Source: Octopus sinensis (lineage: Eukaryota). From it: a DNA stretch of 64,000 nucleotides. The stretch lies in NCBI RefSeq assembly GCF_006345805.1, contig NC_043007.1, positions 58,528,001 through 58,592,000 on the forward strand. Direction: 5' to 3'. The translations under genes were made by a program, and so were the position numbers. Below, one piece after another: positions 36,972 to 51,080 of the stretch. Below the pieces are notes generated by a model. The model was not told where the DNA came from. It worked only from the letters and a program-made list of their open reading frames with translations, and did not search any database. How positions within the stretch are numbered: the stretch's first letter is position 1; each line of letters begins with the position of its first letter.

Positions 36972-39563
36972 CATACATATATACATATATATATACATAC
37001 ATAATATACATATATATATACATAATATATACATATATATAGACATACATATATAATAATATATATTACATACTATATATATACATACATAATATACACA
37101 TACATATATTATACATATATATATACATACATATATAATACATATATATTACATACATATATATATACATACATATATATATACATATACAGAATATATA
37201 TATACATATATATATACAGACATTATATATACATACATATATATATATACATACAAATAGATATACATATATAAACATAATAATACATAAAACATATACA
37301 TACTATAACATATACATACATATACATATACATACATATATATATACATACATATATATATACATATACATATATAGATACATACATATATATATATACA
37401 TATATAATATATACATATATACATACATATATATAATATATATATTATACATGATATATATACATACATATTATACATACATATATACATAATATACATT
37501 ATACATAATATATATACATATATATATACATACATAATATATACATACATATATACATATATATCTACATAACATATATACATATATATATACATATATA
37601 TATACATACATATTATACATATTATATACATACATATATACCATACATATATATATATATACAGATTATATACATATATATATACATACATATACATACA
37701 TATATACATACATATATACATATATATATACATATATATATACATACATATATACATATATATATACATATATATATACAGATATTACATACTATATACA
37801 TACATATATATATATATACATACATATATACATACATAATATATATATACCATATATATATATATATACAATATATATATACATACATATATACATACAT
37901 AATACATATATATATACATTACAATATAATATTATACATATATATATACATAATATATTACATATATTATAATAACATATATACATACATATTATATATA
38001 TATACATATATATATACATAATATATACATACAATATATATATATACATATATATATACATAATATATAACTATATATAACATATATATATACATACATA
38101 TATACATACATATATACATACATACATATATATATACATACATATATACATACATATATACATACATATATATATATACTACATATATACATACATACAT
38201 TATATATAATATATACATACATACATATATACATACATATATATATATATATACATACATATATACATACATATATATATATATTACATTACATATATAC
38301 ATACATATATATATATATACATATATATATACATACATATATACATACATATATACATACATATATACATACATATATATATATAATTACATACATATAT
38401 ATATAACATACATTATATATACATACATATACATACATATATACATACATATATATATATATATACATACATTATATATATATTACATACATATATATAC
38501 ATATATATAACATACATACATATATACATATACATATATACATATATAACATATACATATTATACATATATATACATATACATAATATACATATACATAT
38601 ATATACATATATATACATATACATATATATACATATACATATATATACATATATATACATATACATATATATTACATATATATACATATACATATATATA
38701 CATATATATACATAATATCATATACATATACATATATATACATATACATATATAGATATTACATATAATACATTATACATATATATACATATACATATAT
38801 ATACATATACATATATATACATATACATATATATACATACCACAATACATATACCATACATATACATATACATACATATACATTATACATACATATACAT
38901 ATACATACATATACATATACATACATATATATATACATACATATATATATACATATACATATATATACATATACATATAATATATATATACATATATACA
39001 ATATAACATATATACATACATATATATATAATATATACATATATATATACATACATATATACATACATATATACATATATATATACATATATACATATAT
39101 ATATATACATAATAATACATACATATAATACATACATTATACATATATACTATACATAATATATACATATATATATACATATATATAATACATACATATA
39201 TACATATATATACATACATATATACATACAATATATATATATATACATTATATAACATATATATACATACATATATACATACATATATATACATATATAC
39301 ATATATATATACATATATATATACATACATATACATATATATATACATATATAATATACATATATATATACATACATATATACATACATATATTATATAT
39401 TACATACATATATACATACATATATATAATATATACATATATATATATATTATACATATATATATATACATACATATATACATACATATATACATATATA
39501 TATACATACATATAATACATATATATAATACATATATATATACATACATATATAATATATATA

Positions 39564-39594
<31 letters not shown>

Positions 39595-40773
39595 ATATAC
39601 ATATATATATACATACATATATACATACATATATATATATATACATATATATATACATATCTATACATATATATTATACATATATATATAATACATATAT
39701 ACATACATATATACATACATACATATATATATACATACATATATCATACATATATACATACATATATATATACATACATATATACATACATACATATATA
39801 TATATATACATACATATAATATACATACATATATTATATATATACATACATATATATACATATATATATCATATATACATACATATATACATACATATAT
39901 ATATATATATACATATATATATACATACATATATCATACTATAACATACATATATACATACATATATATATATAATACATACATATATATATAACATACA
40001 TATATATACATACATATATACATACAATATATACATACATATATATATATATATACATACATATATATATACATACATATATACATACATATATATACAT
40101 ACATACATATATACATATACATATATACATATATATACATATACATATATACATATATATACATTACATATATATACATATACATATAATAATACATATA
40201 TTACATATACATATATATACATATACATATATATACATATATATACATATACATATATATACATATATATACATATACATATTATACATATATATACATA
40301 TAATACTATACATATACATATATTACATATACATATATATACATATACATATTATACTATACATATATATACATATACAATATATACATATACATATATA
40401 TACATATACATATATATACATACATACATATACATACATATACATATACATACATATACATAACATACATATACATATATATATATACATATATATACAT
40501 ATCATACATATACATATACATACATATACATATACATCATATACATATACATACATATACATAATATACATATACATACATATACATACACATACATATA
40601 CATACAATACATATACATACTATACATATATATACATATACATATATATACATATACATATATATACATATACATATATATACATATACATATATATACA
40701 TATACATAATATACATATACATATATATACATATACATATATATATTACATATACATATATATTATACATATA

Positions 40774-40811
<38 letters not shown>

Positions 40812-40822
40812 CAATACATATA

Positions 40823-40856
<34 letters not shown>

Positions 40857-41727
40857 ATATACATATATATATACACATATATATACACATATATATATAC
40901 ACATATATATACACTATATATACACATATATAATACAATATATAACAACATTATATACACATATATATACACAATATATACCAATATATATACACATATA
41001 TATACATATATATATATAACATATATATTAATACAATATATATACTATTATATATATATTACATATATATATACATATATATATACACATATATATATAC
41101 ACATATATATATACACATTATATATACACATATATATATACATAACATATACATATACATATACTATACATATACATATACATATATATATATATATACT
41201 ATTATATACATATATATATACATATATATATACATATATATTATACATATAATATTACATATATATAACATATATATATACATATACATATATTATACTA
41301 ATATATATATAATATACATACATATATACATACATATATATCATACCATATATAACATATATTATAACTATATATATACATATATATATACATATATATA
41401 TACATATATATATACATATATATATACATATATATATATACATATATATTACATATATATATATTACATATATATATACATATATATATATACATATATA
41501 TATATACATATATATATAACAATATATATACACATATATATATACATATATATATAGACATATATATATAACATATATATATACTATATATATATATATA
41601 CATATATACATACATATATATATATATATATACATATATATATACATACATATATTATATAATATATACATATATATATACATACATAATATATACATAC
41701 ATACTACATACATATATATATACATAC

Positions 41728-41760
<33 letters not shown>

Positions 41761-43521
41761 CATCATCATATATAATACATACATACAATATATATACATA
41801 CATACATATATATACATACTATATACATACATACATCTATACATATATACATACATATATACATACATTAATATATACATACATATATACATACTATATA
41901 CATACATATATATATAATATATATACATACATATATACATACATAATATACATACATATATATATATATATATACATACATATATATATATATACATACA
42001 TATATATATACATACATATATTATATATATACATACATATAATACTATACATACATATATACATATACATACATATATATATACATACATATATACATAC
42101 ATATATATATATATACATACATATATACATACATATATATATACATACATACATATATACATACATATTATATATATATACATATATATATACATACTAT
42201 ATATACATACATATATACATACATATATATATATACATACATATATATATATACATACATATACATACATATATATATACATATATATATACATACATAT
42301 ATATATACATACATATATATATATATATAACATACATACATATATATATACATATATACATATACATACATACATATATATACATATACATATATACATA
42401 TTATACATATACATACATACATATATTACATATACATATATACATATATATACATATACATATATATACATACATATATACATATATATACATATCATAT
42501 ATACATATATATACATATACATATATACATATATATACATATACAATATATACATATACATATATACATATATATACATATACATATATATATACACATA
42601 CATATATATACATATACATATATATACATATACATATATATCATATATATATACATATATATCATATATTATACATATATATACATATATATATACATAT
42701 ATATATATATACATATATATATAGAATATACATATATATATATATACATATATATACATATCATATATATATATATCATATATATACATATACATATATA
42801 TATATATACATATACTATACATATACATATATATACATATTACATATATATACATATATATACCTATATATACATATACATATAATATATATTACATACA
42901 TATATATACATATATATACATTATATACATATACATTATATATATATACATATATATACATATACATATATATACATATACACATATATATACATATACA
43001 TACATATACATATCATACATATATATACATATACTACATATACATATATATACATATACATATATATACATATACATACATATACATATACATACATATA
43101 CATATACATACATATACATATATACATATACAAACATATACCTATATATACATATACATATATTACATATAATATATAATACAACATATACATATATATA
43201 CATATACATTATATACATATACATATATATACATATACATACATATACATATATATACATATACATATATATACATATACATATATTACATATCTACATA
43301 TACATATATATACATATACTATATATACATATACATATATATCATATACATATATATACATATACATATATATACATATACATACATTACATATACTCAT
43401 ATACATATACATAATTATATTAATATACATAATATATATATAATACATATCATATATATATACATAATATATATATATACATATATATATATAATATATA
43501 TATATACATATATATATATAC

Positions 43522-43552
<31 letters not shown>

Positions 43553-43692
43553 CATATATATTATATATATATACATACATATATATATATATACATACAT
43601 ATATATATATATACATACATATATATATACATACATATATAATATACCACATATATATATATACATCATATATATATATATATACATACATA

Positions 43693-43725
<33 letters not shown>

Positions 43726-43766
43726 CACATATATATAATACACATTATATACATACATATATATAC

Positions 43767-43800
<34 letters not shown>

Positions 43801-44016
43801 ATACATACATATATATACATATATATCATACATATATATATATATACATATATATACCACATATATATATATATACACATATATATACACATATAATATA
43901 TATACACATATAAATATACATATATAATACACATATATATACACATATATATATACATATATATACACATATATATATACATATATATACACATATATAT
44001 ACATATATATATACAC

Positions 44017-44057
<41 letters not shown>

Positions 44058-44832
44058 TATACACATATATATACACATATATATATATACATATATATAT
44101 ACACATATATATACACATATATATACACATATATATACACATATATTACACATATATATACACATATATATACAACATATATATACACATATATATACAT
44201 ATATATATACATATAATATATACATATATTATATACATATACATATATACATATATATATACATATATATACATATACATATACATAATATATACATATA
44301 CATATACATATATAATATACATAATATATATACATATATATACATATATATATATACATATATATATACTATACATATACATATACTTATTATACATATA
44401 CATATACATATATATATACATATACATATCTATATATATATACATATATATATACATATACATATACATATACATATATATATACATATACATATACATA
44501 TACATATATATATACATATACATATACATATACATATAATATATATATATACATATATATATACACATATATATACACATATATATATACACATATATAA
44601 TACATATTATATATACATATATATATATACATGTATATACATATATGTATAACATATATTATAACATATACATATACATATACATATATTATACATATAC
44701 ATATATATATACATATATATACACATACATATATACATATATATATATATACATATATATACACATATATATACATATATATATATACTTATATACATAT
44801 CAATATACATACATATACATACATATATATAC

Positions 44833-44869
<37 letters not shown>

Positions 44870-45034
44870 ATATACATATATTATACATATATATTATACA
44901 TATATATATATACATATATATATATACATATATATATACATATATATATATCTATATATATACATATATATATACATATATATATACATATATATATACA
45001 TATATATATACATATATATATACATATATTATAC

Positions 45035-45076
<42 letters not shown>
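35598..45076. repeat. 9.5-kb degenerate (AT)n/(ATAC)n/(ATATAC)n low-complexity tract
   Basis: The plus strand is almost free of G, and no unique sequence is present. Confidence 0.95.
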
Positions 45077-45083
<7 letters not shown>

Positions 45084-45192
45084 TATAAAATTATATATCT
45101 ATATTATATTAATTATATTTATATTATTGTTATTTATATATTGGTTTATGTCTATCACTATTTGAGTTGCATAATAGTGGTTTTCTCTTTAA

Positions 45193-46244
45193 CCCTTTCA
45201 TTACCAAACCGCCCGAAAAAAATTTTGGTTAATGTGACCAAACCACCCAAAGCCGCCCGAATTTACCTATTCATATTTAAATGAGAATATCAGAGCAAAT
45301 CTCTTTAGTACATTCGTGAAAATATGTATTATACTTCGTAAAGAGTTCAACTACAGTTTTGTACAAAAATCAAAGTGTAATTTTAATTCCATGAATTTTG
45401 GGAGATTTTTTTCCAAAATTTATAATTCTGACAAAAAATGGATACGAATTTCATTATATCAAGCAGCGAGTCAGAATTCGAAGGATTTTCTACTGAAGAC
45501 CTTAATATATCTAAATCTATGACTGAAAAAAAAAAGCATGGGGTATTTGATAATGAATCTGATGTTTCATTTTCTGAAAGTGAAAACAGTGAATCCGAGA
45601 GCTCCGACAGTGATAAAGAAAATGAATTGGCACCTGAATGGAGTGAGAATTTAAAAACTGTTTCTTTCGGTGATTTTTCTGAAGAAACTGGACCAAGCCA
45701 CAGACTTTCCCAGGAGAGTAAAGTGATAGACTATTTCTTTTTACTTTTTCGAATGAATCTATTTGAACTCATTACGGCGGAAACGAACCGTTACGCTAAA
45801 CGTAAACAAAGCGAAAGAAAGGATAGTTAGTGGTTTCCCATAACCTTAAATGAAATTAAGACTATTTTGCCATAAATATTATTATGGGTATCAGAAAGTT
45901 ACCTAGAATAACAAATTTTATCGTAAAATTTTGTTGTATACCCAATTGAATATTAGCTAATAACCCATTTTCTATAGCGATGTTTGAACAAAATTTTAAT
46001 AATTTTATATTTTGTTGAATTTACCTGTATCTACCTGCAATTAGAGTCACTTTGTGACAAAAATTATAGTATAGAATTGGTTGAGAACATTTCATTAAAT
46101 TATCTTCCAAAATTCACGTTAATATATTGATAAATAAAAAAGTTATAGTTGTTTAATGAAACCAGACTAAATTTATGATTATGTTAGAAATTAATTGAAA
46201 CACATAAGGGGTGTATTTTGGTCAGAAATATAGTAACGAAAGGG
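45193..46244 (+). mobile_element. Internally deleted piggyBac-like DNA transposon (1052 bp)
   Basis: TTAA at 45189-45192 and 46245-46248; TIRs CCCTTTCATTAC / GTAACGAAAGGG (1 mismatch in 12). N-terminal transposase fragment. Confidence 0.9.
45438..45910 (+). pseudogene. piggyBac transposase N-terminal fragment, no DDD catalytic core
   Basis: Acidic/Ser-rich leader, then IDYFFLLF..LFELITAETNRYA, a stop, then W FPITLNEIK and IIMGIRKLP across a frameshift. Confidence 0.8.
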
Positions 46245-46356
46245 TTAAGTCATATTTTATATACTTATACTGTGAAATTTGACTTAATACTAAATCGAAT
46301 TTTTTCCTGTAAGTTTGGAGTTATACTCCCTAATATTATTATCATTATTATATATA

Positions 46357-46650
46357 TCACGTGACGTCACGTGACCGACCAGACCATCAGATGTTGCTAC
46401 ACATCGCTGGTCACAATGCGTTTGCATTGCTTTAGCCTTCGAATGACGCCACCCCGCTGGCTAAGCGAGCAGGCCAACAGACGAAAGATTGGTGAAAGAG
46501 TACAGCAGGGATCACCACCCCCTGCCGGAGCCTCTTGGAGCTTTTAGGTGTTTTCGCTCAATAAACACTCACAATGCCCGGTCCGGGAATCAAAACCGCG
46601 ATCCTACGACCGCGAGTCCGCTGCCCTAACCACTGGGCCATTACGCCTCC
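46357..46650 (-). mobile_element. tRNA-derived SINE with a family C-type head and a different tail
   Basis: The head matches 29760-29928; CpGs retained. Confidence 0.8.
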
Positions 46651-46734
46651 ATATATATATATATATATTCTATCTATATCAATATATCTATCAATATCTA
46701 TCTATATATATATATATCAATATCTATCTATATA

Positions 46735-47899
46735 TATAATTTCAACAATTGAGGGTAAAATTAATTAATTATTAATCAATTTCACCAAGTATTCAGTATG
46801 TAAAGGGACCATTTAAGGCGAATTCAAATTATTACATTATATAAAAGGGCTTAGTAAAATAAATTACTTTGCCACATACTGAACTCATTAGAAATAGTAG
46901 CTAAAAAAACTTTTTTAAAACTATTTCTAATACTTAAAGAAAATCTCTCTCATATAGTGTTTGCTCAATTCAACTCACGAAAGTATTGGGGGTAAAGACA
47001 TTAAAAATCAAATGCAAAGGTTATTTTGAGAACGTACGTTCAAGATTAGTCAACTCGACTTTCTATCATCAGCTCAGAACTCCTTGGTTTGGATTTGAAA
47101 ACACTGAAAGGGGAGCATACCCTTTCGGCTTCTTATCGCTCTGAAGATCTGCTCGAAACTAACAGTGCCAGCAAACCCAAAATATGCAAGCGAAGAATTC
47201 TGCTCTCCCCTTTCCACCAGCGTGGGTTAAAATCAGTAAAACTATGCTTTTTCGGTTAAAATCCGAAGATAAGTTTTTAGCTACTATTTATAGAGTCAGT
47301 ATGTGGCAAAGTACTTTTTTACTAAGCCCTTTTAATATAATGTAATAATTTGAATTGCCTTAATGGTCCCTTTACATACTGAATATTGGTGAAATTGAAT
47401 AATAATTAATTAATTTTACCCTCAATGTTGAAAAATTATAATTCATCTCTCTCTATTTAATGCTTCGGATTTTACCGAAAAAGCATAGTGTTTACTGATT
47501 TTAACCCACGCTGGTGGAAAGGGGAGAGCAGAAATTCTTCGCTTGCATATTTTGGGTTTGCTGGCATTGTTAGTTCGAGCAGTCTTCAGAAGCGATAAGA
47601 AGCCGAAAGGGTATGCTCCCACTTTCAGTGTTTTCAAATCCAAACCAAGGAGTTCTGAGCTGATGATAGAAATGTCGAGTTGACTAATCTTGAAACGTAC
47701 GTTCTCAAATAACCTTTGCATTGATTTTTTAATGTCTTTACCCCATACTTTCGTGAGTTGAATTGAGCAACACTATATGAGAGAGATTTTTTAAGTATTA
47801 GAAATAGTTTTAAAAAGTTTTTTTAGCTACTATTTCTAATGAGTTCAGTATGTGGCAAAGTAATTTATTTTACTAAGCCCTTTTATATAAGTAATAATT
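46735..47899. repeat. MITE-like element (~175-bp TIRs, 46735-47440) followed by an inverted partial duplicate (47462-47899)
   Basis: Arms 46735-46912 and 47271-47440, with TATA at both ends; 47462-47899 is the reverse complement of 46827-47268. Confidence 0.75.
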
Positions 47900-48029
47900 A
47901 TCTATATATATATATATCAATATCTATCTATATATATATATCAATATCTATCTATATATATATACACCTATCAATATCTATATACATCCTATCAATATCT
48001 ATATACATCTATCTCTGTATATCTCTGTA

Positions 48030-48077
<48 letters not shown>

Positions 48078-48094
48078 CATGTATGAATGTATGG

Positions 48095-48440
48095 GTACAG
48101 GCATGGCTGTATAGTAAGACGTTTGTTTCCCAAACATATGGTTTCAGATTCAGTAAGCAGCCAGCAAGCTCACAGAATCATTAGCACGTTGAGCAAAATG
48201 CTTAGCAGCATTTCATCTGTCTATGTTCAGAGTTCGAATTCTGCCCATAGTCAACTTTGCCTTTCATCCTTTTGGGGTCGATAAAATAAGTACTAGTTGG
48301 GCACCGGGGTTGATATAATTGACTTACCTCCTCCCCGCAAACCTTTGCATGGTATCTTGGGCAAATGTCTTCTACTACAGCCTCAAGCTGACCAAAGCCA
48401 TGAGTGGGTCTGGGAGATGGAAACTGAAAGAAGCCTGTTA
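48095..48440 (+). mobile_element. Family B SINE split by a family A SINE (~48152-48340)
   Basis: The B head precedes and the B body follows an A body. Confidence 0.7.
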
Positions 48441-48692
48441 TGTGCATAGGTGTATGTGCTTCTCCCCCACTATCACATGACAATTGGTGTTGGTTTGTTT
48501 ATGTCCCTGTAACAATAGTTCAACAGAAGAGTCTGATAGAATAAGTACCAGACTTTAAAAAAAAGTAAAATAGAATAAGTAGTGGGGTCAATTAGTTTGA
48601 CTAAACCTTCAAGTAGGCACCCCTGCATGGCTGCAACCCAATAACTGAAACAAGATTTATATACGTATTGTATAACAAAAGGGTATACTAAC

Positions 48693-48814
48693 TTCATTGA
48701 TTCTTTTATCATGTGATTCTCTTTCACCGATATATTGGCCCATGCCAAGAAATTATGTTCTTTACAAAAGGCATCCAAGTCTTTTTCAGATACACTTCTG
48801 ATGGGAAGGTCATC
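48693..48814 (-). CDS. RAB29: RAB29/Rab7L1-like GTPase, coding exon (122 bp, phase 0 to 2): DDLPIRSVSEKDLDAFCKEHNFLAWANISVKENHMIKESM
   Basis: Pyrimidine tract plus CCAG acceptor and GTTAGT donor. Completes G4 (NK|DD) and carries the G5 motif SVK, as in RAB29. Confidence 0.85.
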
Positions 48815-51080
48815 CTGGAAACAAAGACAATAAGAAGAAAGAATGAAAAATACATTTTTCAACAAAGCCTCTGAAATGACAACAGAACTAAATCAAATAT
48901 TTAGTGAAGTATTCGAAATTATTGGAGATTAAAACAAAGGCTGGAAAATTTTATACAAATCACATTATGCCTGAATACCTTCTTTCCTTTCTTTCTTTCT
49001 CCATCTCTCATGTGATGATTGTGAAAGTCCATAGAGAAACAATAAAGCAAGATATGTACTCTAGACAAAATCATAAAAGAACACCCACACAACCTATCTA
49101 CACATAATAAAGTATACATGAACCTGTATATATCTAAGGCATGAACAGATAAGTGTGGCAATAAAACTGACATAAACACTACTATGAGTTGCTGCATCAC
49201 ATAACATTATTTCTAACAGAGGTAAGGCTACCTACTCTAGAAGGGCCTGTTTTGTCAACAATATTAAGTTACACTTTTCCATTCAGAGTTCAAATCATGC
49301 CAGAATCAACTTTACCCAATCAGTCTTCTAAGACCAATAGAAAAAGTACCAGTCAAGAACCAGTCAATTTTATTCAATACATCCCCCATTCCTCCTAAAA
49401 TTTTGACTTTATGTCACTATTAAGAATTATCTATACTATAATGGAGAAAGCTACTTATTAATTAGGTATGTAACAATTACTAAAAGTAATAAAAGAAAGT
49501 AATTATTAAAGGGTTGACCGTCTGGAAATATTTTTATAAATTCATGTTCTAAGAAATTTCCTATAATTTTGATTTCTCAAGTTCATTGAATTTTTTTAAA
49601 CTCCAATTTCTTGCAAATTTAAATATTCACTGCGTCCAATTCATCACAAATTTAAATATTTGTTGCATTCATTGCAGAGTATTCCATTTTCATTTGCAAA
49701 GTCTCTCACTTTCTCTTTTAAGTTTTAATTTGCTATTAATGTATACATAATGTAAAAACATTGAATGAAAATTTTAAAAAATACCCGTATAATTTTTGAA
49801 CGCAGAATAGCTGTGAGAAGAGCCTAGAAGACGAGGAGAGAAAAATAGCTACCGACAAGTATTCGAAACTTGCTACTTATTCGCAGTTTCCAAGCACAAC
49901 TTCAACAGGGACACACACCAATACACACTCGTGCACTCACATAGATACACATACACACAAAGGAAAGACAATGAATGTGTGTGCGTGTGTGCATGTGCGT
50001 GTGTGCGCATGCGTGCATGGTCCACTGACAAAACTTTGTGTTGCATCACTTTTGTGAAGTTTTGTCAGTGAACAGGTCGCAGTTTCAAAGTGATGAAGAT
50101 ATTTTGACACAAATGAAGTTTTGATGTTGAAGTGAAACTAACAGCATTTGTATGTTCTTGAATGGTTTACAAACATCTTCCACGCTGCAATTGTTTTTGT
50201 TTCTGCACACGATCTCAGATCAAGTCACTTGCTATGCAAGTACATCTCCGTAATTTTTTTAAATCACTATGGATAAATACCAGCAATGACCTTCTCAGGC
50301 TCTCCAGTATTTTCATTTCTAAACAAACACAATCAGGGGCAGTGAGTGGGGTTGCAAAAACTTCATAATTTTTCAAATTTTCTTTTTTACAGCATATAAA
50401 TTTATTTATGGGGAAAGAATATTGAAAAACATCAATATATGTGAGAGGGATAAAGAAACAAGGAGGGTTGTCTTTGAATGTGCTAGAAACAAACAGCCAA
50501 ATTGCCCTTAAGTCACTCACTTTCTCTCTGAAAATTTTTTTTTTTTTTACTGAAAATGCTCTTCCCATGGTTTTGAAGTGCAAAAGAAAATTGGCCAAAA
50601 TAGGTCCAGAGTGGAATGATGAGACAGGGGATGTAAAAAAATGAGTTTCTAAAACTTTTTTCATACTAATATGACCCCCACAATCACCTGTGGTTTAAAA
50701 AAATGGGGGAAATCCTTGAAAAACTTTTTCCCACAAATTTCATTATAATCCTAATCTATGCTGTTTGAAAGGGATTTGTATAAATTTTCATTAAAAGATA
50801 ACCATTTTCCTGAAAGTTATGAGGGAAAAAGTCAAAACGTGTGAATTTTGTGAAACTCCTCTCTCCACCCCCTCGCAAAAATTCTTTCCTATGAATCCTT
50901 ATATGCTCTGAAGCCACAACATCTAAACAGTATTTGTAGAAAATTTTCTTAAAAAGTATCAATTTTTCTGGATGTTATGAGGCAATAAAGTCCGGGGCAC
51001 ACACATCTATAGTAATGTGATTTTTCATTTCATGTTTATTTCATTTATTGTTTGCAATGTTCTCTCTCTCTCACACACAC

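Noticed and set aside
35371-45076. Dozens of long M/Y/I/V/C-rich ORFs (up to 383 aa)
   Set aside because: Translations of an AT/AC low-complexity tract that lacks stops by composition; no domain, splice or codon evidence.
46357-46374. Perfect palindrome TCACGTGACGTCACGTGA (E-box/CLEAR + CRE) near RAB29
   Set aside because: It lies at the tail of a SINE, downstream of the known exons and in a poorly supported region; no basis for a regulatory call.
47444-47453. ATCTCTCTCT, similar to the start of a PacBio adapter, at the duplication junction
   Set aside because: The flanks are not mirror images around it as a missed adapter would give, and the match is short and low-complexity.
50215-50664. 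149-aa minus-strand ORF in a RAB29 intron
   Set aside because: No recognisable motif or splice context; possibly part of an old transposon remnant whose ends I could not define.
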